Assembly: GCA_019410445.1 (NCBI GenBank)
Contig: DXSO01000004.1
Location: 1-34,835, forward strand
Direction of reading: 5' to 3'
DNA: 34,835 nucleotides
Source of the DNA: Sutterella sp.
GTDB taxonomy: Bacteria > Pseudomonadota > Gammaproteobacteria > Burkholderiales > Burkholderiaceae_F
Part shown: positions 20,082 through 28,849 of the stretch, one piece after another
Position numbering within the stretch: position 1 is the stretch's first letter
How the letters are laid out: the number at the start of each line of letters is the position of its first letter
Translations under genes and position numbers: made by a program
Notes under the pieces: generated by a model
Told to the model about the DNA's origin: nothing
The model's database searches: none
What the model saw: the letters and a program-made list of their open reading frames with translations, nothing else

Positions 20082-20747
20082 CTACTGGCGGTAGTAACCG
20101 CAATTCTGGATTTCCGTTCCCTTCCACTTCTTCCAAATGGAGAATAGTACCTGTCGCTTGTCCGCTGTCAGATTTCGAAAAATCAAATCCACTTGATCCG
20201 ACGGCTCTCCCAAGCGATTGGTTACCCTTAACCCCTGGACATCTGGTGCTTGGGTACTTTTCATCCACCGAAGTGCCTGCTCTTGACTATCAAACGTCTC
20301 GACTTCCACTCCATAAGACAGTGCGCCTCTCAAAATCGGGCGAACATTGCGGTACCCCTGCTGCTGAAATTGTTTGACAAAGGCTCTGACAGCAATGTCG
20401 TTGTCATACGGTCCTAGATAAACGATCCATCGATCTGGCAGAAAACGATCTGAAATCTCTGCAGATTGAAGCAAATCTCTGTGTCTGAGTACTTTCTGAA
20501 CCGAAACAATCTGCTTCTCGTCAAACGGCCCCCAAACAAAGCAGTCCATATCAACAGGAGTCCCAGAAATTTTTGCCACTTCATCATTTTTTCGAGCTTG
20601 GATAGTCGCACGCAAAAAATCCGGCACTCGCACGTCCAGTCGAGCTTGTGATACCAAGTCACTTGTCGGCTGCTGCGAATGGTCATACAAAAACCAACCG
20701 CAAACTCCCAATGCCAATAAAAGTACGAAATGGATGAAATAGCGCAC
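20082..20747 (-). CDS. Membrane-anchored SPOR-like protein
   Basis: N-terminal TM helix, 'CFVWGPF', 'WIVYLGPY', terminal Cys; position downstream of birA-coaX is typical of Betaproteobacteria. Confidence 0.7.
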   Translation of the reverse strand: MRYFIHFVLLLALGVCGWFLYDHSQQPTSDLVSQARLDVRVPDFLRATIQARKNDEVAKISGTPVDMDCFVWGPFDEKQIVSVQKVLRHRDLLQSAEISDRFLPDRWIVYLGPYDNDIAVRAFVKQFQQQGYRNVRPILRGALSYGVEVETFDSQEQALRWMKSTQAPDVQGLRVTNRLGEPSDQVDLIFRNLTADKRQVLFSIWKKWKGTEIQNCGYYRQ

Positions 20748-20768
20748 CGAAAAAGACTCCGTCTTGCT

Positions 20769-21536
20769 TTAACGCACTTTGGCACGCATTGCCAATCCTC
20801 TCAGCACGAGATTGTGTTTGATTACAGCCTGTGGATATTCCTGCATGATGTAAGGAGCAAACAATGGAGCCGCACCACCAGCAAACAGCAAACATGGATC
20901 CTCAAAGCCTAATCGTCGAATACTAGCCAACGATCGATCCACAATACCCAAATGAGCCTCTAGAACAGCAGTTGTAATCGCATCGGCCGTATTCGTTGGA
21001 AAATCCGAACGAACACCGATACGCCCAGGGCGACACCTCGTCTTGGTCAACAATGCTTCGGTCATCATCGATGGCCCAGGCAAAATACGACCCCCTATAA
21101 ACGCCTGGGTCGTCTCGTCTTCCGGAACCAAAACATCCGCCGTTGTTGCCGTCCCTAAATGCACCACCAAAATTGGTCGCCCCGGATAAAGAGACGCGGC
21201 CCCAATCACCGCATGCCAACGATCACTGCCCAATTGTTCGTAGTTATCGTACTTATTGATGATGGTCAGCGATGCACTTTGAAAACTTCTTTCTGAATGC
21301 AGCCAATCCCACTTAATTCCATGAGAGTTGAAAAAACGAGTGATGTTAAAAGCGAATTTTTCACTTGACACCATGCATCCGACAACGCGTTCTGGCTTGA
21401 GGTTAAGCCATTTGTGCAGCAATTCATCAGGAACGACATCATTGCCACAATGTACGTAGGCATGCGGTTCTTCCGGCTTGTCGGAAGTTGCCCATTTAAG
21501 CGCCGTATTGCCAAGATCCAAAAGCAAAGCAGTCAC
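20769..21536 (-). CDS. coaX: Type III pantothenate kinase
   Basis: 'LLDLGNTALKW', 'LGSDRW', 'GTATTAD', 'GG.ILPG', 'GGAA', 'LVLRGL'. Confidence 0.93.
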   Translation of the reverse strand: MTALLLDLGNTALKWATSDKPEEPHAYVHCGNDVVPDELLHKWLNLKPERVVGCMVSSEKFAFNITRFFNSHGIKWDWLHSERSFQSASLTIINKYDNYEQLGSDRWHAVIGAASLYPGRPILVVHLGTATTADVLVPEDETTQAFIGGRILPGPSMMTEALLTKTRCRPGRIGVRSDFPTNTADAITTAVLEAHLGIVDRSLASIRRLGFEDPCLLFAGGAAPLFAPYIMQEYPQAVIKHNLVLRGLAMRAKVR

Positions 21537-21545
21537 AATCTTTCT

Positions 21546-22355
21546 CTATTCCGTTGCAAGTGGTCGAATGCGTGCATCTGCAAAAGCTCCCACTTGCCCT
21601 TTTGTATCAGCAAATAAAAGCTCCCCCCGCATACCAATTCCCGTTACTTGCCCCTCGATGCTTTCTCCCGTCGGCAGAGTCAAAAGAACTTTACGTCCGG
21701 CAAAAGCATCCAATTTCGTCCAATGCTCACGCACCGATAAAAGCGCATCAGAATCGAATTTCCGACAAACTTTCTCGATCTCCACACTCAGATGCGCCGC
21801 CGTTTCAATCCGAAACTTCTGTTCACACCAAGAATTGGGAAACGAGTCAACCAAAGCTGAAACGGGAGTATCCGTCATAAACGAACTTTCACCGAGACAG
21901 ATATTAACGCCGATCCCCACCACTGCATGTAGACGACGACTTCGGTTACGAACAAGTTCGCATAGGATTCCCGCTACTTTGCCATCCCCAATCCAGAGGT
22001 CATTTGGCCATTTCAGACGCACCAAAGGATTAATTTTTTTGAGCACCTGCACACAAGTCGCCCCGACAACCAATGACAAGCCTGAAAAATCCACAATCTG
22101 AACCGGCAAAGGGACAATGACCGTCAGAAGCAACGACACTGCCGGGGCATTCCAAACACGACCTCGTGTCCCTCTTCCCGTGCTCTGGTGATCCGCAACA
22201 ATCACAGCCGCCACATTCTCAGTTGCCTGTCGAACAAGTGCTTTCCCCTCGTCATTGGTACTTCCGGTTTCTCCCAACCAAAAAGCTAAAAGATTACTGG
22301 CTCGAAAGCGCAAAGCCTCTTCAAAAGGCTTTTGATTGGAACAATTACAATGCAT
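21546..22355 (-). CDS. birA: Biotin--acetyl-CoA-carboxylase ligase (no HTH domain)
   Basis: 'GSTN', 'Q.TGRG.RGR.W', 'KWPND', 'KVAGIL', 'GIGVN', SH3-like C-terminus. Exact start uncertain. Confidence 0.92.
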   Translation of the reverse strand: MHCNCSNQKPFEEALRFRASNLLAFWLGETGSTNDEGKALVRQATENVAAVIVADHQSTGRGTRGRVWNAPAVSLLLTVIVPLPVQIVDFSGLSLVVGATCVQVLKKINPLVRLKWPNDLWIGDGKVAGILCELVRNRSRRLHAVVGIGVNICLGESSFMTDTPVSALVDSFPNSWCEQKFRIETAAHLSVEIEKVCRKFDSDALLSVREHWTKLDAFAGRKVLLTLPTGESIEGQVTGIGMRGELLFADTKGQVGAFADARIRPLATE

Positions 22356-22387
22356 AGTCCAGACCAGTTCACAGAATATTTTGAGAA

Positions 22388-23017
22388 ATGACCAGAACGC
22401 ATACTACACAAACCGCTGGTGAAGCCGGTTTAATTGAATTTGATATTGATTTTCCCGATATCTGCACCAAAGGCATTGCCTTTCTAGCTCATCCGATCAC
22501 CACGCAGGGCGGCAGCAAGGATCACAAAGTCATCACCACTATGGCCAAAGCATTGGTTTCTGGAGGATGGCTAGTCGTGCGCCCCAATTGCCGAGGCGCC
22601 GGCCGCAGCGAAGGCGAATACAACGCAGGCCCAGGAGAAGCCGCCGACTTTTTAAGAGTCATCGATGCTGTGTTTGAAATGCGAGAGGTTGCGGAAATGC
22701 TTCCTATTGGCGGACGTGCGATCTTCGGAGGTTTTTCCTTCGGTACCTATGTGATGAGTCTTGCTGCACAAGTGCGCAAACCTGCCGCAATGATTTATGC
22801 CGGCCTAGCCGTACACAAATTCGACATCGTGCACCCGGGTTGTCCGGCATTTGTCGTGCATGCTCAAAACGATGAATTAGCCTCCTTAAACTCTGTGCTA
22901 TCTTGGGCTAATTTCAATAATCTGACTGTTGATGTCATCCCTGCAACTAATCACGTATTTGCCAAAAAACTGCCTCAATTAAGCCGCGTTTTCTCACAAT
23001 TCGTTGCCCTTATCTAA
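22388..23017 (+). CDS. Alpha/beta hydrolase
   Basis: 'AHP...GGS.DHKV', 'RGAGRSEG', nucleophile GFSFG, Asp in 'QNDE', His in 'NHVF'; typical position upstream of dac in Burkholderiales. Confidence 0.88.
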   Translation: MTRTHTTQTAGEAGLIEFDIDFPDICTKGIAFLAHPITTQGGSKDHKVITTMAKALVSGGWLVVRPNCRGAGRSEGEYNAGPGEAADFLRVIDAVFEMREVAEMLPIGGRAIFGGFSFGTYVMSLAAQVRKPAAMIYAGLAVHKFDIVHPGCPAFVVHAQNDELASLNSVLSWANFNNLTVDVIPATNHVFAKKLPQLSRVFSQFVALI

Positions 23018-23041
23018 TAGAGCTCTCGTTAAAATCGCCAC

Positions 23042-24280
23042 ATGCGAACTCTCTGTAATCGATTCATTACTCTCTTTGGCTTTATTTGCCTGCTTACGGC
23101 CTTTCCTGCGGTTTATGCCACAGGAAAAGGGCCGATTCTGACCTCTTCGCCAAGCGCTTGGGTTCTGATGGATGGTACCAGTGGTTTTGTGATGAGTTCA
23201 CATGAAAAAGACAAGGCGTTCAATCCCGGCGAATTAGTGCATCTCATGGTGGTCTACACCGCACTTGATGCCGTAGCTGGAAATAAAAAAGCACTCAACG
23301 CTCCTGTTAGTATTTCCGCAGCAGATGTGCAACGTTCCAGTAATTCCAGAAGACTTTACCTTGTTCCCGGCGAACCTCACTCATTGAGAAGTCTGTTGCA
23401 CGGTGTTGCCGTAACTGGAGCCGAAGATGCTGTATTGGCCATCGCCTCACACATTTCTGGTTCGAGCAATAATTTCGTTCAACGCATGAACGAAACTGCT
23501 CAAGCATTAGGCCTGACACAAAGTCGATACGTGTCCCCAATTGAAAATGCCGACAACCGTATGAGCGCACATGACCTTGCGCTTTTGGCTGCTGCTTTCA
23601 AAAAGAAATTCTCTCAGGCCTATTTGTGGTTCTCTGAAAAAGAATTCGTATTTACAACCCATAGTTTACGAAATCGAAATTTGCTCCTGTGGCGAGGGTC
23701 CGGAATCAACGGCGTAATGAGTAATGCCAACAACACATCCGTTGTCGGTAGTTGGCACAGAGATGGCGACAAAACGATTCTGGCTCGCGATATCATCGCC
23801 GTTTTGTTAGGCGGTCGAAATGCTGATCTGACAACAGCTGACGTACAGACGCTTTTGCAGTACGGGCGATTAGATTACGAGACCCTGAGACTTTTCTCTG
23901 CAAACACCCAGGTTACCAAAATTGACATTCTGAAAGGCAATCGAGAAAAACTCGAAGTCGGCAGTTCTGAAGAAATTTGGGTTACCGTCAAACGACAAGA
24001 CATTGTCGCTCGTGGTATGGGAGGATTTTCGACACAGTTCGAATATATGTCCCCGGCAATAGCTCCAATTAAAGCTGGAGAAGTCGTCGGCAGGTTGCGC
24101 GTTTACTTTTTAAACCAGCATATTGACGATTTTGATCTCGTGGCTATGCATGATGTTGGCCCAGGAAGTTTTCTGAGTCGCTTTGTGGATTCTGTTCGTT
24201 TACGAATAAAGCCTGCGGACAATCAACCTTCCCCCGCGACTCAACCAATAGAAACACAAAACCCATCAATTTCACCTTAG
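23042..24280 (+). CDS. D-alanyl-D-alanine carboxypeptidase (peptidase S11, DacA/DacC) homolog with degenerate active site
   Basis: Signal peptide; S11 scaffold ('LMD..SG', 'LM..Y', 'FVQRMN..AQ.LG', 'SAHDLA.L', 'NRN.LLW', 'LL.YG', 'APIKAGEVVG'); synteny with ybeD-lipB. SxxK, SxN and KTG are all substituted. Confidence 0.88.
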   Translation: MRTLCNRFITLFGFICLLTAFPAVYATGKGPILTSSPSAWVLMDGTSGFVMSSHEKDKAFNPGELVHLMVVYTALDAVAGNKKALNAPVSISAADVQRSSNSRRLYLVPGEPHSLRSLLHGVAVTGAEDAVLAIASHISGSSNNFVQRMNETAQALGLTQSRYVSPIENADNRMSAHDLALLAAAFKKKFSQAYLWFSEKEFVFTTHSLRNRNLLLWRGSGINGVMSNANNTSVVGSWHRDGDKTILARDIIAVLLGGRNADLTTADVQTLLQYGRLDYETLRLFSANTQVTKIDILKGNREKLEVGSSEEIWVTVKRQDIVARGMGGFSTQFEYMSPAIAPIKAGEVVGRLRVYFLNQHIDDFDLVAMHDVGPGSFLSRFVDSVRLRIKPADNQPSPATQPIETQNPSISP

Positions 24281-24290
24281 TTTTTGACTC

Positions 24291-24623
24291 ATGAACAACG
24301 AAAGCAAATCCAAAATCTCTCTCGCTGACAATGTCCAAAACGCGGAAAAAGTCATTGTTCAGGAGCAAGACTCTTTAATCGAGTTCCCTTGCGATTTTCC
24401 CATCAAAGTGATGGGAATTTCCTCGCCTCACTTTGCAGAAACCATCGGAGCAGCCGTCAGGGAGTTAATCCCCGATTTTGATCCCGCAAGCATTACAGAG
24501 CGTAAATCAGCCCAAAGCAAATACACGGCGTTAACCGTCACCATTCATGCAACCAACCGTCAGCAGCTCGACAGCATCTACATGATGCTGACATCTCATC
24601 CTCTTGTGAAAATAGTCCTGTGA
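24291..24623 (+). CDS. ybeD: DUF493/YbeD family protein
   Basis: 'LIEFPCDFPIKVMG', 'QLDSIY..L..HPLVK.VL'; sits between dac and lipB. Confidence 0.92.
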   Translation: MNNESKSKISLADNVQNAEKVIVQEQDSLIEFPCDFPIKVMGISSPHFAETIGAAVRELIPDFDPASITERKSAQSKYTALTVTIHATNRQQLDSIYMMLTSHPLVKIVL

Positions 24624-25291
24624 CGACATCCTCTCCGGTTGTACGCGATCTAGGTCTCACCGACTATCTCCCCGTTTGTGAGGCCATGCGCCTTTTCACT
24701 CAAATCAGAACACCTCTGACACCTGACGAAATTTGGTTTGTTGAACATCCTGCCATTTATACGGCCGGACGCGATACCGTGCAGCGCCCTGATCATATTG
24801 GTACCGTACCACTGATCTCTGTTGAGCGTGGCGGAGACATTACGTACCATGCCCCAGGGCAAATGGTCGTTTACCCCCTTTTAAATCTTCGACGCAGAGG
24901 ACTTTTTGTAAAGTCATACGTCCATCTGTTGCTGCAGTCTCTCATTGAAACACTCTCCGCCTACAACATCGCCGCTTTTACTCATCCTCACGCCCCTGGA
25001 GTTTATGTTCATCTAAATGGCGGCATTGGTGAATTCAAAGGGCTCGCTAAAATCGCATCCATCGGTATTCGTATTTCACGAGGATGTTCATACCACGGCA
25101 TCGCACTTAACGTTGACATGGATTTGAGCGGTTTTCGACGCATCGCTCCATGCGGTTACTCTGGCCTGAGGATGACTGACATGGCTTCATTATTAGGAAC
25201 TCGAGTCAATTTGCACGACGTTAAGACCGATTACCGTTTGAACTTGCTAAAAGCGCTATCCATTGCGTCAAACATAAACCATCATGACTGA
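24620..25291 (+). CDS. lipB: Lipoyl(octanoyl) transferase
   Basis: 'EHPAIYT.G', 'RGG.ITYH.PGQ', 'KIASIG', 'HG.ALN', 'PCG'; GTGA overlap with ybeD. Confidence 0.96.
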   Translation: MTTSSPVVRDLGLTDYLPVCEAMRLFTQIRTPLTPDEIWFVEHPAIYTAGRDTVQRPDHIGTVPLISVERGGDITYHAPGQMVVYPLLNLRRRGLFVKSYVHLLLQSLIETLSAYNIAAFTHPHAPGVYVHLNGGIGEFKGLAKIASIGIRISRGCSYHGIALNVDMDLSGFRRIAPCGYSGLRMTDMASLLGTRVNLHDVKTDYRLNLLKALSIASNINHHD

Positions 25292-26216
25292 AGAAAATAC
25301 TTCATCTTTGTCAAACATCACTCCTGGCAGTTTTGCCGCTTGGTGCGCAAGTTTTCGCCCAAAAACTTTGGGTATCGCCGCTGCTCCCGTACTGGTTGGA
25401 CTTGCTGTCAGCGCAGCCGTCACGCATACCTTTGACCTCATCGTTGCATTGGCAACACTCAGCCTATCGCTTTTGCTACAAGCCATCAGCAATATGGAAA
25501 ATGATGCGGGTTATACCAAACGCAAGGCCGAGCGCAAAACCCGCAAAGGGCTTCCGCGAGCCACTGCTAACGGTTGGCTCACTGTGGCTCAAGTGGAACG
25601 AATGATCCGAATCCTCATCGGTATTGTGGCACTTGATACGATCTTCCTCATCTATGTCGGTGGTTGGATCATGCTGGCAATCTCCATTGCCTCCGTAACA
25701 GCCGCTTACGCTTATATGGGAGGACCTAAGCCTATTGCTTACACCCCTTGGGGAGAGTTCGTTGTTTTTCTTTTTTTCGGAATCGTCGCTGTTTCCGGCA
25801 CAGCATATCTGCAAACAGGAATATGGCAACCGGAAGCCCTCTTAAGCGGCGCAGCTTTAGGTTGCATTGCGGCAGCTGTTCTTGCTGTCAACAACTATCG
25901 TGATGCAGTACACGACAAAGAGGTCGGGCGAAAAACTTTGGCAGTGCTGCTTGGAAGACCAGCCATGATCGGAGTCTACAGTGCATTAATTTATGTCCCT
26001 TACCTGATCATCGCTGCCGCTATTGTCTTGAATCCATCCATTTTTGGTCTGGCACTGTGTCTTTTGGCTTTGCCAAAAAGTATCAAATTGGTTGCCGAAC
26101 TTCCTTTACGTGATGGCAATGAACTTAATGCAGTTATGTTTGGTACAGTCAAACTGGAACTGTTTTTCTCTCTGTGTCTGACAATCGGCGGAATTGTCAG
26201 CATTCTTCTATTCTGA
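25284..26216 (+). CDS. menA: 1,4-dihydroxy-2-naphthoate polyprenyltransferase (UbiA family)
   Basis: 'W....RPKTL', 'SN..ND', 'AY..GPKP..Y..WGE..VF.FFG', 'NNYRD...D...G.KTLAV.LG'; polytopic membrane protein. Confidence 0.9.
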   Translation: MTEENTSSLSNITPGSFAAWCASFRPKTLGIAAAPVLVGLAVSAAVTHTFDLIVALATLSLSLLLQAISNMENDAGYTKRKAERKTRKGLPRATANGWLTVAQVERMIRILIGIVALDTIFLIYVGGWIMLAISIASVTAAYAYMGGPKPIAYTPWGEFVVFLFFGIVAVSGTAYLQTGIWQPEALLSGAALGCIAAAVLAVNNYRDAVHDKEVGRKTLAVLLGRPAMIGVYSALIYVPYLIIAAAIVLNPSIFGLALCLLALPKSIKLVAELPLRDGNELNAVMFGTVKLELFFSLCLTIGGIVSILLF

Positions 26217-26224
26217 GGTTTTCT

Positions 26225-27148
26225 TTGACAGAAGAGCGCGGATTTAAAAAAATTCTCCCGATTTCGCGTCAAGCGATCTCAGGTGTCACTACGACTCTGA
26301 GCAAACCCAGTTGGCTGAAAGTGAGGGCTTCTGTATCAGGCGGCTCTGAGGATGCCGTTCGGCATATTCTTTCCTCCTATTCGCTTTCAACGGTATGTCG
26401 AGAAGCAAATTGTCCCAATCGTTCCGAATGTTTTTCAAACGGAACTGCTGCATTTCTGATTCTTGGTGAACTCTGCACGCGCCGTTGTGCCTTTTGTGAT
26501 TTGGCACACGGCACTCCTCAGCCTCCGTCTGCTGATGAACCCCTACGACTTGCTCAAGCAATCAAAGCTTTGAAGCTTTCATATGCCGTCATCACTAGTC
26601 CGGATCGAGATGATCTTCCAGATGCTGGAGCTGGGCATTTTGCCGCCGTTATCACAGAGCTAAGGAAATTGATTCCTGGAATTGAAATAGAAATTCTGGT
26701 TCCCGATTTCAAGAAAAAAGAAAATCTTGCATTGGAGATACTCTCCAATACCACTCCGGATGTATTCAACCACAATATTGAAACTGTTCCTCGTCTTTAT
26801 CGAGTTGCAAGACCTGGAGCCTCTTATTCTGGTTCGCTCTCCCTACTAAAACGCTTTGCAGAAAAAAATCCGCACATTCCAACAAAAAGCGGACTTATGT
26901 TGGGATTGGGAGAAACCGATGAAGAAGTCATCAATGTTCTGAAAGATTTACGAGCTCATCGAGTAAGTCGAGTCACTATTGGACAATATCTTTCTCCATC
27001 CAAAGCACATCTACCGGTGCGACGCTACGTATCTCCAGATGAGTTTAAGCACTGGAAACTGCTCGCATTGGAACTGGGATTTGACAAAGTTCATTCTGGG
27101 GTATTTGTACGCTCAAGTTATCACGCTTCCGAAGATGCTCAGCGATAA
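26225..27148 (+). CDS. lipA: Lipoyl synthase
   Basis: CREANCPNRSEC, radical-SAM CTRRCAFC, 'HNIETV', 'KSGLMLGLGET', 'GQYL', 'RSSYHA'. TTG 26225 follows a GAGG RBS; the ORF track starts at 26174. Confidence 0.95.
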   Translation: MTEERGFKKILPISRQAISGVTTTLSKPSWLKVRASVSGGSEDAVRHILSSYSLSTVCREANCPNRSECFSNGTAAFLILGELCTRRCAFCDLAHGTPQPPSADEPLRLAQAIKALKLSYAVITSPDRDDLPDAGAGHFAAVITELRKLIPGIEIEILVPDFKKKENLALEILSNTTPDVFNHNIETVPRLYRVARPGASYSGSLSLLKRFAEKNPHIPTKSGLMLGLGETDEEVINVLKDLRAHRVSRVTIGQYLSPSKAHLPVRRYVSPDEFKHWKLLALELGFDKVHSGVFVRSSYHASEDAQR

Positions 27149-27189
27149 TCGCAAGCACTCCTTAAAGCGTTTAACTCTTGCTTTCATAC

Positions 27190-27230
27190 AAAAACAGGAT
27201 CCTGACACACATCAGAATCCTGTTTTTTTT
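27190..27230. terminator. Bidirectional terminator between lipA and BON gene
   Basis: AAAAACAGGAT-C-CTGA / TCAG-A-ATCCTGTTTTT with a long T-tract. Confidence 0.75.
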
Positions 27231-27249
27231 AATGCGCTCTACAAATTAA

Positions 27250-27930
27250 TTACAGCGTCTGCCCTGACTCAGCAGCTGCTTTATTTTCCTTTTCAATCAA
27301 CTTCAGTCGCTCAGCAATACGTTCTGCAGACATCACCTCACACACAGAAATCACCCGATAAACACCACTGGTACGAGCTGCTACATTCATTGCAATCGTA
27401 TTTTCCTGAGGTGTTACGATACCCATGATGTATACGATGCCACGGTCAACGACAACCTTCATCTGACTGAGATACACGTTGTCTTCCATCACCATACGGG
27501 AGCGCACAGTAGTGGCAAGTTTGGAATCCTTCATACGCTGAAGCCAACCAACACTTTCCTGTACAGCCAACTCATTGACGACACTTTTGACATCCAAGCT
27601 CTTTTGTGCGGTTTCCGTCACAATGCGTTTTGCCTTGAGCGATTCGATTTCCCCTGTCAAAAGAACCTTGCCGTTATACGAAGTCACAGTGATGTGGCCA
27701 TCAGGTTCCTTGCCCAATTTTTCCTTCAAGGCATCCTTAATTTCCAAGCTCAGTCGCTTTTCAATGACTCCATCGCTTACGATGGCCCCTGCTGAACGTC
27801 GATCAATCATCGCGGAAACAGTGGCCCCAGTCGCAACAGCAGCACCTCCCACGACAAGCGGAGCGCAACCTACCATAGCCGTTGTCATTGCGGCCGCACA
27901 CGACAAAATGCAAAGAGTGCGCTTAAACAT
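27250..27930 (-). CDS. Dual BON-domain lipoprotein (YraP/DolP-like)
   Basis: AAAGGA RBS, lipobox MVGC, 'DRRSAG...D', 'YNGKVLLTGE', 'VVNEL', second BON 'G.VYIMG.V'. Confidence 0.9.
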   Translation of the reverse strand: MFKRTLCILSCAAAMTTAMVGCAPLVVGGAAVATGATVSAMIDRRSAGAIVSDGVIEKRLSLEIKDALKEKLGKEPDGHITVTSYNGKVLLTGEIESLKAKRIVTETAQKSLDVKSVVNELAVQESVGWLQRMKDSKLATTVRSRMVMEDNVYLSQMKVVVDRGIVYIMGIVTPQENTIAMNVAARTSGVYRVISVCEVMSAERIAERLKLIEKENKAAAESGQTL

Positions 27931-27964
27931 ATTCCTTTTTCTCCGATTGTTATTAAATCCGTTA

Positions 27965-28735
27965 TTAAATCGTGATCTCAAATGCTTGGTAAGCAGGTTT
28001 TCTAAGTTCCTCACTAGGCTGCATTTGCAAAAACGGCTGCAACCAAGCTTCATTTCGCTGCAATAAATCAGCTCGTACTGCTAATTTTCGGTCAAAAATC
28101 TTAACAACACCGTCATGCAACCAACCACTCAGAATGGAGTCTATCTGCTCCAGCTGACAATTCAAAAGCGTAGCAATAAACCGTCTAGATGGAACGGTTG
28201 GTAATCTAACAAAACTTTTACTCGGACACTCACCGATATTTGTAGTGCCGCAAGCTTTGACCAAAGATAGTAAAAAAACGCCTAGTCTTTCTTGAGGCGA
28301 CGCCGCTTGACAAACCATCAGACCAAGACGTTCGCAGAAGGCTCGACGTACTGCATAGCGATTAAGTTCTTCATTCCAGCTCGGATCAATTTCTACCACT
28401 CGCAGAAAAATTTCCGGCGCAACGGTCAATACTTCACACCGACACACAGCCCAATACCGTCTCGGCAAGTTATCCAATGCATCAATCGCACGCGTGGGAA
28501 TTCCAAAACTGCATGCAGCAGATAACGTCAGCATGAAGGGAGAGCTCGTCCCAGGATTAATGACCCCCTGTGCGAGAAGACCGTTTTGAACAAAAACCAC
28601 CCGCTTGAAAAAAGAAGAAGTGCCGATCTGATCCCCTCTCATCAGCACCGTCTTGTGACCGATGCTTGTGAGCACTCTTGAAATGCCTGGCGATAACCGC
28701 GGAGCAAACCAAGGCAAAAGTGTGGCAGTGGACAT
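27965..28735 (-). CDS. Crp/Fnr-family transcriptional regulator (divergent)
   Basis: cNMP-like N-domain ('RGD', 'FVQNG', 'FG', 'AV..CEV'), 'ERL..FL' hinge and C-terminal HTH-like 'SRRFIATLLNC....I..IL..W...G.V'. Confidence 0.7.
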   Translation of the reverse strand: MSTATLLPWFAPRLSPGISRVLTSIGHKTVLMRGDQIGTSSFFKRVVFVQNGLLAQGVINPGTSSPFMLTLSAACSFGIPTRAIDALDNLPRRYWAVCRCEVLTVAPEIFLRVVEIDPSWNEELNRYAVRRAFCERLGLMVCQAASPQERLGVFLLSLVKACGTTNIGECPSKSFVRLPTVPSRRFIATLLNCQLEQIDSILSGWLHDGVVKIFDRKLAVRADLLQRNEAWLQPFLQMQPSEELRKPAYQAFEITI

Positions 28736-28849
28736 AAAAGCCGTTCGTATATGTACTGTGAGCGTGTGAGCCAAGAACCGAACAAAAAACCATGCTAATG
28801 GTAGCACAGCAGTGCATTTGATTTTGTATTTCTCTATGTAGTTATAACT

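Noticed and set aside
27931..28053. N-terminal extension of the BON ORF in the ORF track
   Set aside because: Overlaps the Crp-like gene; ATG 27930 has a good RBS and begins a lipoprotein signal.
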